Shown here piece by piece: positions 13,079 through 25,914 of a DNA stretch of 51,066 nt (the first letter of the stretch is position 1; every line of letters starts with the position of its first letter). Both the position numbers and the translations under genes were made by a program. The notes beneath the pieces are model-generated. The model made no database searches. It had not been told where the DNA came from and saw only the letters and a program-made list of their open reading frames with translations. The DNA comes from Chiloscyllium plagiosum. Its lineage: Eukaryota. The stretch is from contig NC_057718.1 in assembly GCF_004010195.1 (NCBI RefSeq), forward strand, positions 50,533,754 to 50,584,819, read 5' to 3'.

Positions 13079-14204
13079 TCTAATTTAAAACTGGCTTGCA
13101 TTAGGCATAAGAGTTAATGCAGTGAGAACATATCTACTGAGAAGAAAAGAAACTAACTCTCAGGAAAGCAAGTATAAAAGCGCCAAAGTTGTAAATCAGC
13201 AGCAAGATCATATTCATATCAAATTGAACAGATCTTTATGATGCTAATACATATAGCCAAAATAGTCTTGGACAAGGGACAGGGTACAATATTACAGAGG
13301 ATATCATACAAAGAAGAATAAGGCATGTACAGAATGGAGAAATTAGCATTCTTGCTGCAAGACACTGAAGCATCTTGCACATAAATGTATGGCTAGCAGG
13401 AAGTAAAACACTTGAGAACAGATGGCCAAGACAGAGCTATCAATCAAAGATTCTGTCAAATCACTGTACACCACACAATATGTTCAGTCAGATTAATAGC
13501 TGATACGCAATTTGGGATTTTTAAAATGATGACTGCAGAAGGAAAATATGATGGTCAATGTAAAGTATCAGATATGTCATGCAGCATCATGACTTTCACA
13601 GGCTTGTGCAAAAGTGCCTCAACATGGCAATCCAAAAATGAAACCTTAAAAGTAAGGTTGAGAGTAGGATTGCAGTATTTTCATGTCAAGGGAATAGATT
13701 ACTCTCTGAACTCAATGCAAAAACATGAATATGGAGTTTTAGATCATAAATAGAAAACAAATGTCTCTCAGCTTAGCTGGAGCAAGTCTGAAGTTTTGAC
13801 TGCTAAACCCAAATGTGCCAAAAGAGAGTTGTGATGTGTCACTGTTCACTTAGTCATTAACTGTGAAACAGATTCTGAAAGAGTACAACAATATATTCAC
13901 ACGGTTAAGATGTTTTTCTGGTGAACATTATCTCAAAGTTGTTGAGATGTTAAGAACAATTCAGTATCTGCTGAGGAAAGGTCTAGTTATCGTAAGGCCA
14001 AGCTGAAAGGCAAGATAGAAAAGTGGGAAAAAACAAATGAAAGGAAAGTGACAAAGCTAACAGAATGAATTAGCAGTGAAACAAACTGAGAAAAAGGATC
14101 AACCCAAACAATCTAAATAATGCTCTAGATACTTCTCACTACACCACTCCAATCAGCAAAGAAATTTTGTCACAACTTGTAGAGGCAAAAATGTCCACTA
14201 TCGT

Positions 14205-14430
14205 AATTATATTCTGGACATCCTTTGAACGTTTGCTTCTCTATTTTTGAATTTATTTCCATTATTTGTAATGCTGAACCTTTTATTTCACTATTTCACT
14301 AATTTGTTCCCTTAAGAAGTTATACTGAAGAATCTGTACCTTGTACCTAAGATGCACCTAAGTAGTGACTTGTAAACTTTTCACTGTAGTCATTTGAGTA
14401 CATGTGACAATAAAGCTAATTCAATTTAAT
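14205..14430 (+). mobile_element. LINE 3' UTR fragment (Rex1/Babar-like tail) interrupting the Gypsy RT
   Basis: Has a TTTTCACTGTA...GTACATGTGACAATAAA tail followed by a short AATTC-like repeat. The family call is from recall. Confidence 0.45.
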
Positions 14431-14917
14431 TGCATGCTATTTGGCACACCCATGGCTCCAGAGGAATATCAACTCCGATAACATGGGCTTGTTAGTGACC
14501 TTCCTGCATTAAAAGCTATAATTGATGACCTGACAATTTATGATTGTGGATATCCAATGGAAAAAGCTACTGCTCACCACAATCAAATTTGAGTGTGACT
14601 GCAAGATAGCTTTTCCCAGACAATCTAAACCTGAACACAAAAAGAAGTGAAATGAAAGATACCCAAGAGAGAAAAAGGCTGAGAAACAACTGGATAGAGA
14701 TTTTTCAAAATCATGAGCAGGCAGGACAGAGTAGATGAGGAGAAACTGTTCTAATTCATAAAAGGAACAAGAATGAGAGAGCTTAGACTTAAAATGCATT
14801 CAAAAGATGCATGTGTGATGTGAGAAAAATCTTTTTTCACACAGTGAATAGTTAGGATATGAAATGCACTTCTGGAACCATGATGGACGTAGGTTCAATT
14901 GAAGCATATAAGAGGGC

Positions 14918-15445
14918 TGGGAGAAAGTGAGGACTGTAGATGCTAGAGATCAGAGTCGAAGAGTGTGGTACTGGAAAAGCAAAGCAGGGTTACATTACAT
15001 TACATTACAGTACAGTGTGGAAACAGGCCCTTCGGCCCAACAAGTCCACACCGACCCGCCGAAGCACAACCCACCCATACCCCTACATTTACCCCTTACC
15101 TAACACCAAGGGCAATTTAGCATGGCCAATTCACCTTACCTGCACATCTTTGGACTGTGAGAGGAAACCGGAGCATCCGGAGGAAACCCACGCAGAGACA
15201 GGGAGAACGTGCAAACTCCACACAGTCAGTTGCCTGAGGCGGGAATTGAACCCGGGTCTCTGGCGCTGTGAGGCAACAGTGCTAACCACTGTGCCACCGT
15301 GCCGCCCACGGAGGAGCAGGAGAACTGACGTTTTGAGCATAAGCTCTTTATCAGAATGAAGACCTTATCCTTGAAATGTGAATTCTCTTGCTCCTTGGAT
15401 GCTGCCTGACCAGCTGTGCTATTCCAGCACCACACTCTTCAACTC
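14918..15445. mobile_element. Fold-back PLE-end element (family 1) containing an HE1 SINE, sitting in a CR1 3' fragment
   Basis: Arms at 14918-14989 and 15308-15445. The degraded TSD reads GCATATAAGAGGGC (14904-14917) and GCATTTCAGAGAGC (15446-15459), 11/14 identical. Confidence 0.8.
14990..15307 (-). mobile_element. HE1 SINE, young full-length copy
   Basis: Minus strand starts GGGCGGCACGGTGGCACAGTGGTTAGCAC with B-box GGGTTCAATTCCC; the tail is a 5-mer microsatellite. Confidence 0.95.
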
Positions 15446-15999
15446 GCATTTCAGAGAGCATTGGGTGATTAACTGGAAAGAAATAGTTTGTAAGAAAAAG
15501 CAGAAATTAGTACACCATAATTGAGTATACTTAAGACAGACATACTTGGTTCTTGATTGTCAAGGGATCAAGGGTTATGAGGAGAAAGCAGAAGAATGGG
15601 TTAAGAAACTTATCAGCCACAAGTGAATGGCAGAGCAGACTTGATGGGCTGAATGGCCTAATTTCTGTTCCTATGTCTTTTGGTATTGTCTTATGTTTGT
15701 TTGAAGAGCCAGTGTAAGCACAAAGGGCCGAACACCCTCTTTTAGTCCCGTACCAATTCTGTGATTCTGTTACTCTGAGCTCCCACGAAAGGCAATAGGT
15801 ATAACGATGATAACGAAAGACCGAAAAAGCAGTGCAATGATTTATTGAATTCATCAATGATTTAGCAAACTTCATGTCCAATTTGGCATTGTAGCATGCA
15901 CCATTACCTCAACTCACATGCTGGGGTGTGTAATGGTATTAGGGTCAGAACAAGAATTCATGACATCAAAAACTAAAGATGGAGCAGCATTGTTTACAT

Positions 16000-18569
16000 T
16001 GTAGTAATTAATACATCCAGGAAAGTTATTTGGGTGGAACTGAGAAATAAGAAAGGTATGATATGCTTTATAGACCCCCTAATAGTCAGTGGGAAATTGA
16101 GAAACAAATTCGTAAGGAGATTTCAGTTATCTGTAAGAATAATAGGGTGGTTATTGTAGAGGATTTTAACTTTGCAAACATATACTGGGACTACCATCAT
16201 TGTTAAGGGTTTAGATGGAGAGGAATTTGTTGTAGTGTGTATAAGAAAATTTTCTGATTCAGTAAATGGATGTATCTACTAGAGAAGATATAAACCTTGA
16301 CCTACTCTTGGGAAATAAGGCAGGGCAGGTGACTGAGGTGTCAGTGGGGGAGCACTTTGGGGCAGTGACCATAATGCTATTAGTTCTGACATAGTGATGA
16401 GAAAGGATAGACCCCCAGATCTAAATTGGAGGAAGGCAAATTTTGATGGTGTTAGGCAAGAACTTTCAAAAGCTAATTGGGGGCAGATATTTGCAGGTAA
16501 AGGGACAGCTGGAAGATGGGAAGCCTTCAGAAATGAGATAACAAGAGTCCGGAGACAGTATATTCCTGCCAGGTGAAAGGAAAGGCTGGTAGATGTAGGG
16601 AATGCTGGATGACGAGAAAATTGAGGTTTTGGTTAAGAAAAACAAGGAAGCATATGTCAGGTATGGACAGGAGAGATTGAGGGAATCCTGAGAAAAGTAT
16701 AAAGTATACTTAAGAGGTAAATCAGGAGGGTAAAAAGGGGACATGAGATTGCTTTGGCAAATACATTTAAGGAGATCCAAAAAGATTTTATAAATGCATT
16801 AAGGACAAAAGGGTAACTATGGAGAGAATAGGGCCCCTCAAAGATCAGCAAGGTGGCCGACGTGTGGAGCCGCAGGAGGTGGGGAGATACCAAACGAGTA
16901 TTTTGCATCAGTGTTTCCTGTGGAGAAGGACATGTACGATATAGAATATGAGGAAATACATGGTGACATCTTGAAAAATGTCCATATTACAGAGGAGGTG
17001 GTGCTGAATGTCTAGAAACACATAAAAGTGGTTAAAGCCCCAGGCGTACCCTAGAACTTTCTGGGAAGCTGGGGAAGTGATTTCTGGCCCCCTTGCTGAG
17101 ATATTTGTATCATCAATAGTCACAGGTGAGATGCCGGAAGACTGGAGGTTGGCTAACGTGGTGCCACTGTTTAAGAAGGGCGGTAAAGACAAGCCAGGGA
17201 ACTACAGACTGGTGGTGGGCAAGTTGTTGGAGAGAATCCTGAGGGATAGGATTTACATGTATTTGGATAGGCAAGGACTGATTATGGATAATCAACATGG
17301 TTTTATACGAGGGAAATCATGTCTCACAAACTTGATTGAGTTTTTTGAGGAAGTAACAGAGTGGATTGATGATCACAAAGTGGTGGACGTGATCTACATG
17401 GACTTCAGTAAGGCATTCGACAAGGTTCCTCAAATTAGCAATATTAGATTACATGTAATACAGGGAGAACTTGCCATTTGTATACAGAACTGGCTCAAAG
17501 GTAGAAGATAGAGGGTGGTGCTCAAGGGTTGCTTTTCAGACTGAAGCCTGTGACCAGTGGTGTGCCACAAGGATCGGTGCTGGATCCACTGATTTTCATC
17601 ATTATATAAATGATTTGGATGTGAACATAGGAGGTATAGGTTGTAATTTTGCAGAAGACACCAAAATTGGAAATGTATGGACAGCCAAGAATGTTACCTC
17701 AGAGTACAACGGGATCTTGATCAGATGGGCCAATGGGCTGAGAAGTGGCAGATGGAGTTTAATTTAGATAAATGTGAGGTACGGCATTTTGGAAAAGCAA
17801 GTCTTAGCAGGACTTATACACTTAATGGTAAGGTCCTAGGGAGTGTTGCTGAACAAAGCGACCTTGGAGTGCGGGTTCATAGGTCCTTGAAAGTGGAGTG
17901 ACAGGTAGATAGGATAGTGAAGAAGGCGTTTGGTATGCTTTCTTTTATTGGTCAGAGTATTGAGTACAGGAGTTGGGAGGTCATGTTGCGGCTGTACAGG
18001 ACATTGATTAAGCCACTGTTGGAATATTGGGTGCAATGCTAGTCTCCTTCCTATCAGAAAAAGTTGTGAAACATGAAAGGGTTCAGAAAAGATTTACAAG
18101 GATGTTGCCAGGTTTGGAGGATTTGAGCCATAGGGGGAGGCTGAACAGGCTGGGGCTGATTTCCCTGGAGCATCAGAGGCTGAAGGGTGACCTTACAGAT
18201 GTTTAAAAATTATGAGGGGCATCGATAAGATAAATAGACAACGTCTTTTCCCTGGGGTCAGAGAGTCCAGAACTAGAGGGTGTAGGTTTAGGGTGAGGGG
18301 GAAAAGATATAAAAGAGACCTAAGGGACAACCTTTTCACACAGAGGGTAGTATGTGTATGGAATGAGCTGCCAGAGGATGTGTGGAGGCTGGTACGATTG
18401 CAACATCTATGAGGCATTGGATGGGTATATGAATAGGAAGGGTTTGGAGGGCTATGGGCCGGGTGCTGGCAGGTGGGACTAGATTGGGTTGGGATATCTG
18501 TCCGGTGTAGATGGGTTGGACCGAAGGGTCTGTTTCCAGGCTGTACATCTCTATGACTCTATGACTCTA
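16000..18569 (+). mobile_element. CR1 (HER1-like) LINE, near-complete but disrupted ORF2 plus 3' tail
   Basis: Contains the APE endonuclease motifs DFNF and SDHN, then PEDWRLANVVPLFKKG, QHGFIRGKSCLTNLIEFFEEVT, VIYMDFSKAFDKVP and WQMEFNLDKCEV. It ends in (CTATGACT)n. Confidence 0.95.
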
Positions 18570-18699
18570 ATAGAGCAATGGTGTGATCAGATCAAGAAAG
18601 GATGCTTGACTAGTGTCCTTTCTTGTGAACATTTTGTGAAGTACTTGGATTAGACAAATAGACAATTGAATCTGACTACAAGCAATTTCAAAACATTTT

Positions 18700-19100
18700 C
18701 ATAGAATATAAAATATTACAGTTCAGTATATGCCCTTTGGCCCTCAATGTTGCTCTGACCTTTGGAACCATCTATCTTACACTATTCCATACTTGTCCAT
18801 ATGCCTATCCAATGACCATTTGAATACGCTTAAAGTTGGCCAGTCTACAACTGTTGCAGGCAGTGCATTCCAAGCCCCTAACACTCTGAGTAAAGAAACT
18901 ACCTCTGACATCTGTCCTATATCTATCACCCCTCAATTTAAGGCTATGTCCCCTCATGCTAACCATCGGCATCCCAGGAAAAAGGCTGTCACTGTCGACC
19001 CTATCAACCCCTCTGATTATCTTGTATGCCTCAGTTAAGTCACTTCTCAAAATTCTTCCCTCGAGCGAGAACAGCCTCAAGTCCCTCAGCCTTTCCTCAA
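18700..19100 (-). mobile_element. CR1 3' fragment
   Basis: ORF 18805-19080 reads LFSLEGRILRSDLTEAYKIIRGVDRVD, the CR1 ORF2 C-terminus. Confidence 0.9.
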
Positions 19101-19199
19101 GTCACAACTATCTGCTCCAAAGAATGTGCAAAAATGTTACCCAAATTACAGAGATTTCACCTCAATGTGGCACATTAGCAAGAGATGCAGATTTACGTT

Positions 19200-20315
19200 G
19201 ATTCGGAGATGCCGGTGTTGGACTGGGGTGTACAAAGTTAAAAATCACACAACACCAGGTTATAGTCCAACAGGTTTAATTGGAAGCACACTAGCTTTCG
19301 GAGAGACGCTCCTTCATCAGGTGATAGTGGAGGGCTCGATCGTAACACAGAATTTATAGCAAAAATTTGCAGTGTGATGTAACTGAAATTATACATTGAA
19401 AAATTGATTGTCTGTTAAGCCTTTCATCTGTTAGAATACAGTGATAGTTTCACTTCTTTCATGTGTAAATTACAAAACCCTTTTTTTTAAAAGTTACATT
19501 TTAAAAGTTAGCTGTTAACAATGGTGATAGCTAGACAATATGTTGAAGGTGTTCGCCCCCTGTGTTCTCTGTCTATGACCTGATATTTAGATTGATTCTA
19601 ATCTAAAGAGTGAGCTAACAGAGTTTTACATAAATTCATGCAGTTTTTGAGCTCAGAGTTCTACATGAATGTATGCAGTTTTTGAGCAATGTGCAATGTA
19701 ACTCTGCAAATACAAATTCACCCCACAAAATATATGTGTGCATGTGGGTCTTTGTGTGTCTCTGTGCGTGTGTCTGTCTGGGGTGGGGGTTGTGAGTGTG
19801 AGAAAGTGTGTGTGTGTGAGTGTGTGTGTGTGGTGAGTGCAGAGTGTCTTAAGTCTGTGAGGGGGTGCATGTGTGAGTGTGGGAGTGTGTGTGTCTATAA
19901 GGGTGTCTGTGTGCGTGTCTGTGTGTACCTGTGTCCGTGTGTATGTGAGAGCATGTGTGTGTGTAGGAATATCTGTGTGTGTGTGCAGTGCAATGGTGAT
20001 CACCTGTAATGTGACATGAACCCAAGGTCCCGGTTGAGGCCCTCCCTATGGGTACCGAACTTAGCTATCAGCCTCTGCTCGGCCACTTTCCTCTGCTGCC
20101 TGTCCCAATAGTTACCCGAAGGTCCAAGGCTGAATGTCCTGGACCACTGAAGTGTTCCCCAACTGGGAGGAAACTCTCCTGTCTGTTGATTGTTGTGCGG
20201 TGCCCATTCATCCGTTGTCGTAGCCTTTGCTCGGTTTCCCCAATGTACCATGCCTCCGGGCATCCTTGTCTGCAACGTATAAAATAGACAACGTTGGCTG
20301 AGTCACATGAGTACA
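19200..20315 (-). mobile_element. Penelope-like element (family 2): GIY-YIG C-terminus, TG-rich 3' region and hammerhead end
   Basis: YSCDSANVVYFIRCRQGCPEAWYIGETEQRLRQRMNGH is a GIY-YIG endonuclease. The sequence is highly similar to 48530-49220. Confidence 0.95.
19289..19323 (-). ncRNA. Minimal type I hammerhead ribozyme motif (family 2 PLE)
   Basis: Minus strand reads CAC-CUGAUGA-A-GGAG-CGUCU-CUCC-GAAA-GCUA-GUG: conserved core, stem II, palindromic AGCU and stem I CAC/GUG. Confidence 0.85.
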
Positions 20316-20604
20316 TTGTATACACGCCATCAAGAAAAAACTTCAAATGATGCAAGTAGAGAATGCTGCAATAGAGGGTGAAATTGTCCAGGTCCAACCT
20401 GAAGCCATAGCTTATCTTACTCTGGAAGTTATTAGCCCAGCAAATCAGTACAAAAGCTTTTGTCATGCGGCACGGAAACTAAAGTGACTGAAGCCAGCAT
20501 GAGTAAGAGTTGTGATTGTTAGTGACAAAATTGAGGTAAAATGGCAGGAAGCCAAAGTTAATTTTGATTAGACTGTCAAACCATTGCTAGGGTTACTTAG
20601 TGGC

Positions 20605-21728
20605 GAGCTGAAAATGTGTTGCTGGAAAAGCGCAGCAGGTCAGGCAGCATCCAAGGAACAGGAGAATCGACGTTTCGGGCATAAGCCCTTCAGGAATGAG
20701 GAAAGTGTGTCCAGCAGGCTAAGATAAAAGGTAGGGAGGAGGGACTTGGGGGAGAGGCGTTGGAGATGCGATAGGTGGAAGGAGGTCAAGGTGAGGGTGA
20801 TAGGCTGGAGTGGGGGTGGGGACGGAGAGGTCAGGAAGAAGATAGCAGGTTAGGAAGGCGGTGCTGAGTTCGAGGGAGTTGACTGAGACAAGGTGGGGGA
20901 GGGGAAATGAGGAAACTGGAGAAATCTGAGTTCATCCCTTGTGNNNNNNNNNNNNNNNNNNNNNNNNNNNNNNNNNNNNNNNNNNNNNNNNNNNNNNNNN
21001 NNNNNNNNNNNNNNNNNNNNNNNNNNNNNNNNNNNNNNNNNNNNNNNNNNNNNNNNNNNNNNNNNNNNNNNNNNNNNNNNNNNNNNNNNNNNNNNNNNNN
21101 NNNNNNNNNNNNNNNNNNNNNNNNNNNNNNNNNNNNNNNNNNNNNNNNNNNNNNNNNNNNNNNNNNNNNNNNNNNNNNNNNNNNNNNNNNNNNNNNNNNN
21201 NNNNNNNNNNNNNNNNNNNNNNNNNNNNNNNNNNNNNNNNNNNNNNNNNNNNNNNNNNNNNNNNNNNNNNNGTCCAGGTGGATTTGAGGTCGGGGTGGAA
21301 GGTGTTGGTAAAGTAGATGAACTGTTCAATCGCCTCATGGGAGCACGAGGCAGCACCGATACAGTCATCGATGTAGCAGAGGAAAAGGTGGGGGGTGGTG
21401 CCAGTGTAGCTGCGGAAGATGGACTGTTCCACATATCCTACGAAGAGGCAGGCATAGCTGGGGCCCATGCGGGTGCCCATGGCTACTCCTTTGGTTTGGA
21501 AAGAGGGAGGATTGGAAAGAGAAGTTGTTGAGGGTGAGGACCAGTTCAGTCAGTCGAAGGAGGGTGTCAGTGGAAGGGTACTGGTTGGTACAGCAGGAAA
21601 GGAAGAAGCAGAAGGCTTTGAGTCCTTCGTGATGGGGGATGGAGGTGTACAGGGACTGGATATCCATGGTGAAGATAAGGCGTTGGGGACTGGGGAAGCG
21701 AAAATCATGGAGGAGGTTGTGGGCGTGG
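20605..21728 (-). mobile_element. Penelope-like element (family 1), RT core and 3' end, spanning the assembly gap
   Basis: RT motifs MDIQSLYTSIPH, MGTRMGPSYACLFVGYVEQ and YIDD. The 3' end matches 50928-51066. Confidence 0.95.
20944..21271. other. Assembly gap (328 N)
   Basis: Run of N. Confidence 1.
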
Positions 21729-23467
21729 CAAGCCAGTCGGAATACAAGTCCTAAGAGATGTCAACCCAACCTGGGGCCTGCATTGAACAATTGTTTCCTT
21801 GGTTCTATGCAATGCAAGTGAGCAACCAGATAGTCTACCACAACTGCAGCTATGGTAATACATAAATAATAGTAGGTATTTTATATAGAGAGCTATTGTG
21901 AAGGAAAAGAAACAGTTAACTTTGATTTTCAGAAGGAATTAGTTAACTGAAGTCCTCACTCATATTCCGTTTTGATAATATTAAAATTTAGACAATGTCA
22001 GAAGTTAAAGGTAATTCTGAATTATGATTAATTTCTGCCAAGAATAGAAGGAGCTTTGACACCTAAACAGGCCATGAATTAAGCACCCATCATTGGAAGA
22101 AACCACAATAGCTTACTGTGGTGTAAACAGCAGGGAAGAGATAAGAAATTGTCTTTGATCTTGCAGTTCTGCTAGCGCAGGATACTTAAAAAGAAAGTAA
22201 ACTGATCAAACAAACTGTTAATTAAATCTATACCTGAGGCATAGGTGTGTGACTGGGATATCATAAAAAAATACATTGGTCTGTGGTCACTGCAGTCATG
22301 TGAAGAGGGATTAGGACTGGTCCTATCCAGATCCACAGCTGCAGTTAACATCCGTCATATCTCAGTTGTATCTCCGTCACATTTCTAGACAATGCAATCA
22401 CACTCATTGTGTGAGTAATATTTTACCACATTAGATTAGCTCTTTTGAAAATCACTTTAAATTTGTATCCTGTCATGCTTGATGCTCATATATACAGGAA
22501 TGGTTTCTCCCTATCTGTTCAGATCTTTCATAGTTTTAAATAATCCATCATAGAAAGGTCTTAGCCTTATTTCTAAGGAGGAAAGTGTCAACCTTCTAAT
22601 CTATCCTTAAAACTGATATCAATCCTTCTCATCTATGAAACCATTCTTGTAAACCTCTTGAGTACTCTCGCTAATGCCTTCACATACTTCCTAAAGTGTT
22701 GCATTCAGAACTGTACACAACACTGTTGCTGGGGTCTCACAAGCATCTTGAATAAGTTGAGCATAACATCCTTGATCTTGTATTCTATGTCTCTATTAAT
22801 AAAACCTAGGATACTGCATGATTTATTAACTGCTCTCTCCACCTGCCTTGCCGTCTGCAGTAATTCAAAGGTATATTCACCCAAATCCCTCTGCTCCAGT
22901 ATTCCAAGTATTTTACTCCCTTTTTTTATAGTGTTTGTCCATCATCTTCCTACCAAAATGCATCACCTCATACTTCTAAGTTTTACATCATTTGCTGCTT
23001 TTGAAGTTGTCCCCTAGACCCCAAGATCTAGATTATTAGTATGTAATCAGGACAAGCAGAGGTCCCAAATTAACCCTGCAACTTTAAAAAAATACCCATT
23101 GACCATTGCTTAGCATTTCCTATTACTCAGCTAATTTTGTATTGATGCTGATGTTATCCTCCTTATTCCTCAACTCTGTTGTATGACATTGTATTAAATG
23201 TCTTTTGAAAGTCTATTTACACTACATCAACAACAATACCTTCATCACCTTTTCTGTTACCTGTTCAAAAAATTCCAGAAATTTGTGAAACTGTCCAATT
23301 TACAGTAGATATTCGTACTGCTCTTCCTAAGCAATTCTTCTTTTTCCATGTGGCTGTCTATTCTTTTCCAAATACTTTTTCTCAAAGTTTCTCCATCACT
23401 GAGATTAAACTGACTGGTCAGTAATTGCTGGACAAATCTTCATGAATATGTTGAACATAGGCATAAT

Positions 23468-23668
23468 GTTAGTCCAGTTGGCTAGATGGCTGGTTTATGG
23501 TAAAGAGCAATGCCAACAGCATGACTTCAATTCCATTATTGGCTGAAGTCACTGTTAAGTTTCTGCCTTCTCAACCTTGCTCTTTGTCTGAGGTGTGGTG
23601 ATCCCAGGTTAAACTCATCATCAGTTGTTTCTCTCTCTGAGAGAATAGGACCATGGTGACTTTACCTT
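23468..23668 (+). mobile_element. Short tRNA-like SINE (family C), degenerate
   Basis: A-box-like AGTCCAGTTGGCTAGA and B-box-like ACTTCAATTCC; it interrupts the CR1 reading. Confidence 0.55.
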
Positions 23669-23816
23669 CAGAGTTTGTAATTCTCCAGTCCTCAGACAAG
23701 TACAAGAAAGGCTGAAATATTATGAGCATTGTAATTTCCAATCTCATTTCCTTCAGAATCATTGGTTGCATTTCATCCACTCCCGATACTTCGTAAATTT
23801 TAAGTATCAATGTTGG

Positions 23817-24055
23817 AGTCATAGAGTCAAAGACTAATGCAGCATGGAAACAGCCCTTCGGCCCAAACTGGTCCATGTTGACCATGGTGTCCACTCAGCT
23901 AGTTCCAATTCCCTTTCCATCCATATACATATCCAAATGTGTTTTTAAATGTTGCTATTGTACTTGCCTCAACCACTTTCTCTGGCAGCCCATTCCATAT
24001 ACGCACCACCCTCTGCATGAAGAAGTTGCCCCTTAGGTCCTTCTTAAATCTTTCT
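23817..24055 (-). mobile_element. CR1/HER1 3' end
   Basis: FKKDLRGNFFMQRVVRIWNGLPEKVVEA followed by the tail TTGGGCCGAAGGGCTGTTTCC. Confidence 0.9.
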
Positions 24056-25914
24056 GGGTAACATTTCAATCCTTCTCGTGACAAAGTTTTCTCTACTTTC
24101 ACTATATCCCGGATAGCATTTACATTTCTTCAAGACAGATGCAAAGTAGCTATTTAAGACCTCAGACATGCTTCTTGTCTCCATGGGTAGACCTCCTTTT
24201 ACTACCCTTTACCTGTTGATGTGTCTATGGAAGACTTTGGGAATTCCCTTTGTGTTGTTAATCAGTCTTTTCTCATAATCCCTTTTTCGTCTTTTTAATA
24301 CATCTGTTTTCATCTCACCTATGAACCTTTCATATTCCTTTTGGTTTTCAATTTTTTAAAAAATATATTTGACACCAGTCAAAAACACACTTTTTCTTCT
24401 TTATTTTAATTTCTTTTTCCTTCAGAGAGCTCTATATTTCTTTGCCCTACTTTTACTTTTTGAAAGAATATACCTTGTCTTTACTTGAACTATCTCCTCT
24501 TTGAAGGTAGCCTATTTTTCAGTTATAATTCTTCCTGTCAATCTTTTGTTCCAGTCTATCTGCACCAACTCCTTTCTTGTCCTACGAAGGTTGGCTCTGC
24601 CTGAATTAATTATTCTGTCTCTGAGATGCCTAATGTCCTTTTTTATCATCTTCCTAACCTTGACAAGACAATGATCACAGTCTGCTAAATGTTCCTCCAC
24701 TGACTGACACCTAACTAATTTGGCCCATCTTATTTCCAAGAACCAAATCCAACAGTGCATCTTTTCAGTTGGACTGGTTACCTACTGCTATAGGAAATTT
24801 TCTTGAACACCGTCTCAGAAGGTTTGTCCAACTCCACACTTAATCTTACCACTGTCCTCGGTAATAAGGTCTCCAATTATAGTGATCCTATTATGTAGTC
24901 ATCTCCTCCTAATTACCCAGCAGATTTGTTCTTTTACATGCTTTTCTCTTGTTGGTGGGCTATAGACTATACTGAGCAATGTAATTGCACCTTTATTATT
25001 GTTGAGCTCTCGCCAGATTAATCCTGTCCTTGAATCTCCTGGGTTATCCTCATTCTCTGGAACTGCAATGCTCTTTTGAGAAATATAACCAGTCCTCCTC
25101 CTTTCCTTCTTTTCTATCTCATCTATACACCCTGTACCCAGAAATATTTAACATTTAATTCTATCCTTCCTTGACCCAGGTCTCTGTCATCACTGCACCA
25201 TCACATTTCAACATGTCATTCTGCATCATAAATCTCCAATCTTATTGACTAAACTTTGTGCAAAAACAGACATGCACAGTAAACCTAACTTAGATTTGTT
25301 ATTTTCATCCTTATTCCAACATCACCTATCGATATTCTATTTTATTTATTTATGTTATCTGTATCTCCAGATATTTTGTGCACACTGGTATTCCTCTGAT
25401 ATTTCCTCTTGCTTCCCACACCCCTGCCAGATTCATTTAAATCCCTCTCAAAGGTAACGGCAAAACGCTCCACAAAGAACTCAGTCCCTGCTGTGTTCAA
25501 GTGCAACCCATCCCAACTGTAAAGGTGCAATCTTCACCAGACCAAATCTCAGTGTCCCAAGAATCTTTAAAGCCCTCTCTCCTGCACCATCTTTTCAGTC
25601 ATACATTCACCTGTCTGCCTTCGACTCCCATTCCTTTCTAATTTATAGTCAGTCTGTATTACCAGTTTCTTATCAACCAATGACATTACAGATTTCTGTG
25701 ATGTCACCATTGGTTTTTCACTCACCTTTTGAACTTAGCGCAGGCCAGTTCCAACTGGCTGGTAAGTTGTGCCTCTTTCACTCCGACATAAGGAGTCAAG
25801 GCCTTGAGATTGTTATGATTTATAACTTAATGCTCTGAGCTCCTCCTTTCCAAATCTGATGTATCTCCAATTGCCTGATTCTGCAACAATTAACTTACCT
25901 TCAGGCTTGCAAAA

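Larger units (their letters stand above)
12510..14510 (+). mobile_element. Fossil Ty3/Gypsy gag-pol (gag, protease region, RT start)
   Basis: Hand translation gives, in order: NYEIVTDLLNKPEQ (gag), SCSIMTFTGLCK/QHGNPKMK (protease region), SLTVKQILKEYNNIFTRLRCFSGEHYL, KLRKRINPNNLNNAL, SHYTTPISKEIL and MLFGTPMAPEEYQ (the RT motifs KLR.CIDP..LN.AL, HY..PT.EEIL and RMPFG...APE.YQ). Confidence 0.75.
22350..25620 (-). mobile_element. Old CR1 LINE (ORF1 C-terminus, endonuclease, RT) with nested insertions
   Basis: ORF 25342-25530 HLYSWDGLHLNTAG matches the SGNH-esterase end of CR1 ORF1. ORF 24512-24760 has EHLADCDH (endonuclease end), and there is a DFQKTF-like RT motif at ~23195-23215. Confidence 0.8.

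Noticed and set aside
15235..15307. tRNA-like A and B boxes (also at 1896, 8489, 27499, 32850 and 41710)
   Set aside because: They are SINE heads that continue into SINE bodies, not stand-alone tRNA genes.
14940..15359. ORF containing GNLAWPIHLTCTSLDC...TCKLHT, recurring at 32723
   Set aside because: It is the antisense translation of the HE1 SINE, not a gene family.
19653..20009. His/Thr-rich and Cys/Val-rich ORFs
   Set aside because: These are translations of the (TG)n-rich tract in the PLE 3' region.
20850..21531. Long ORFs of 125-196 aa
   Set aside because: They are artefacts of reading through the N gap; only the PLE RT part is real.
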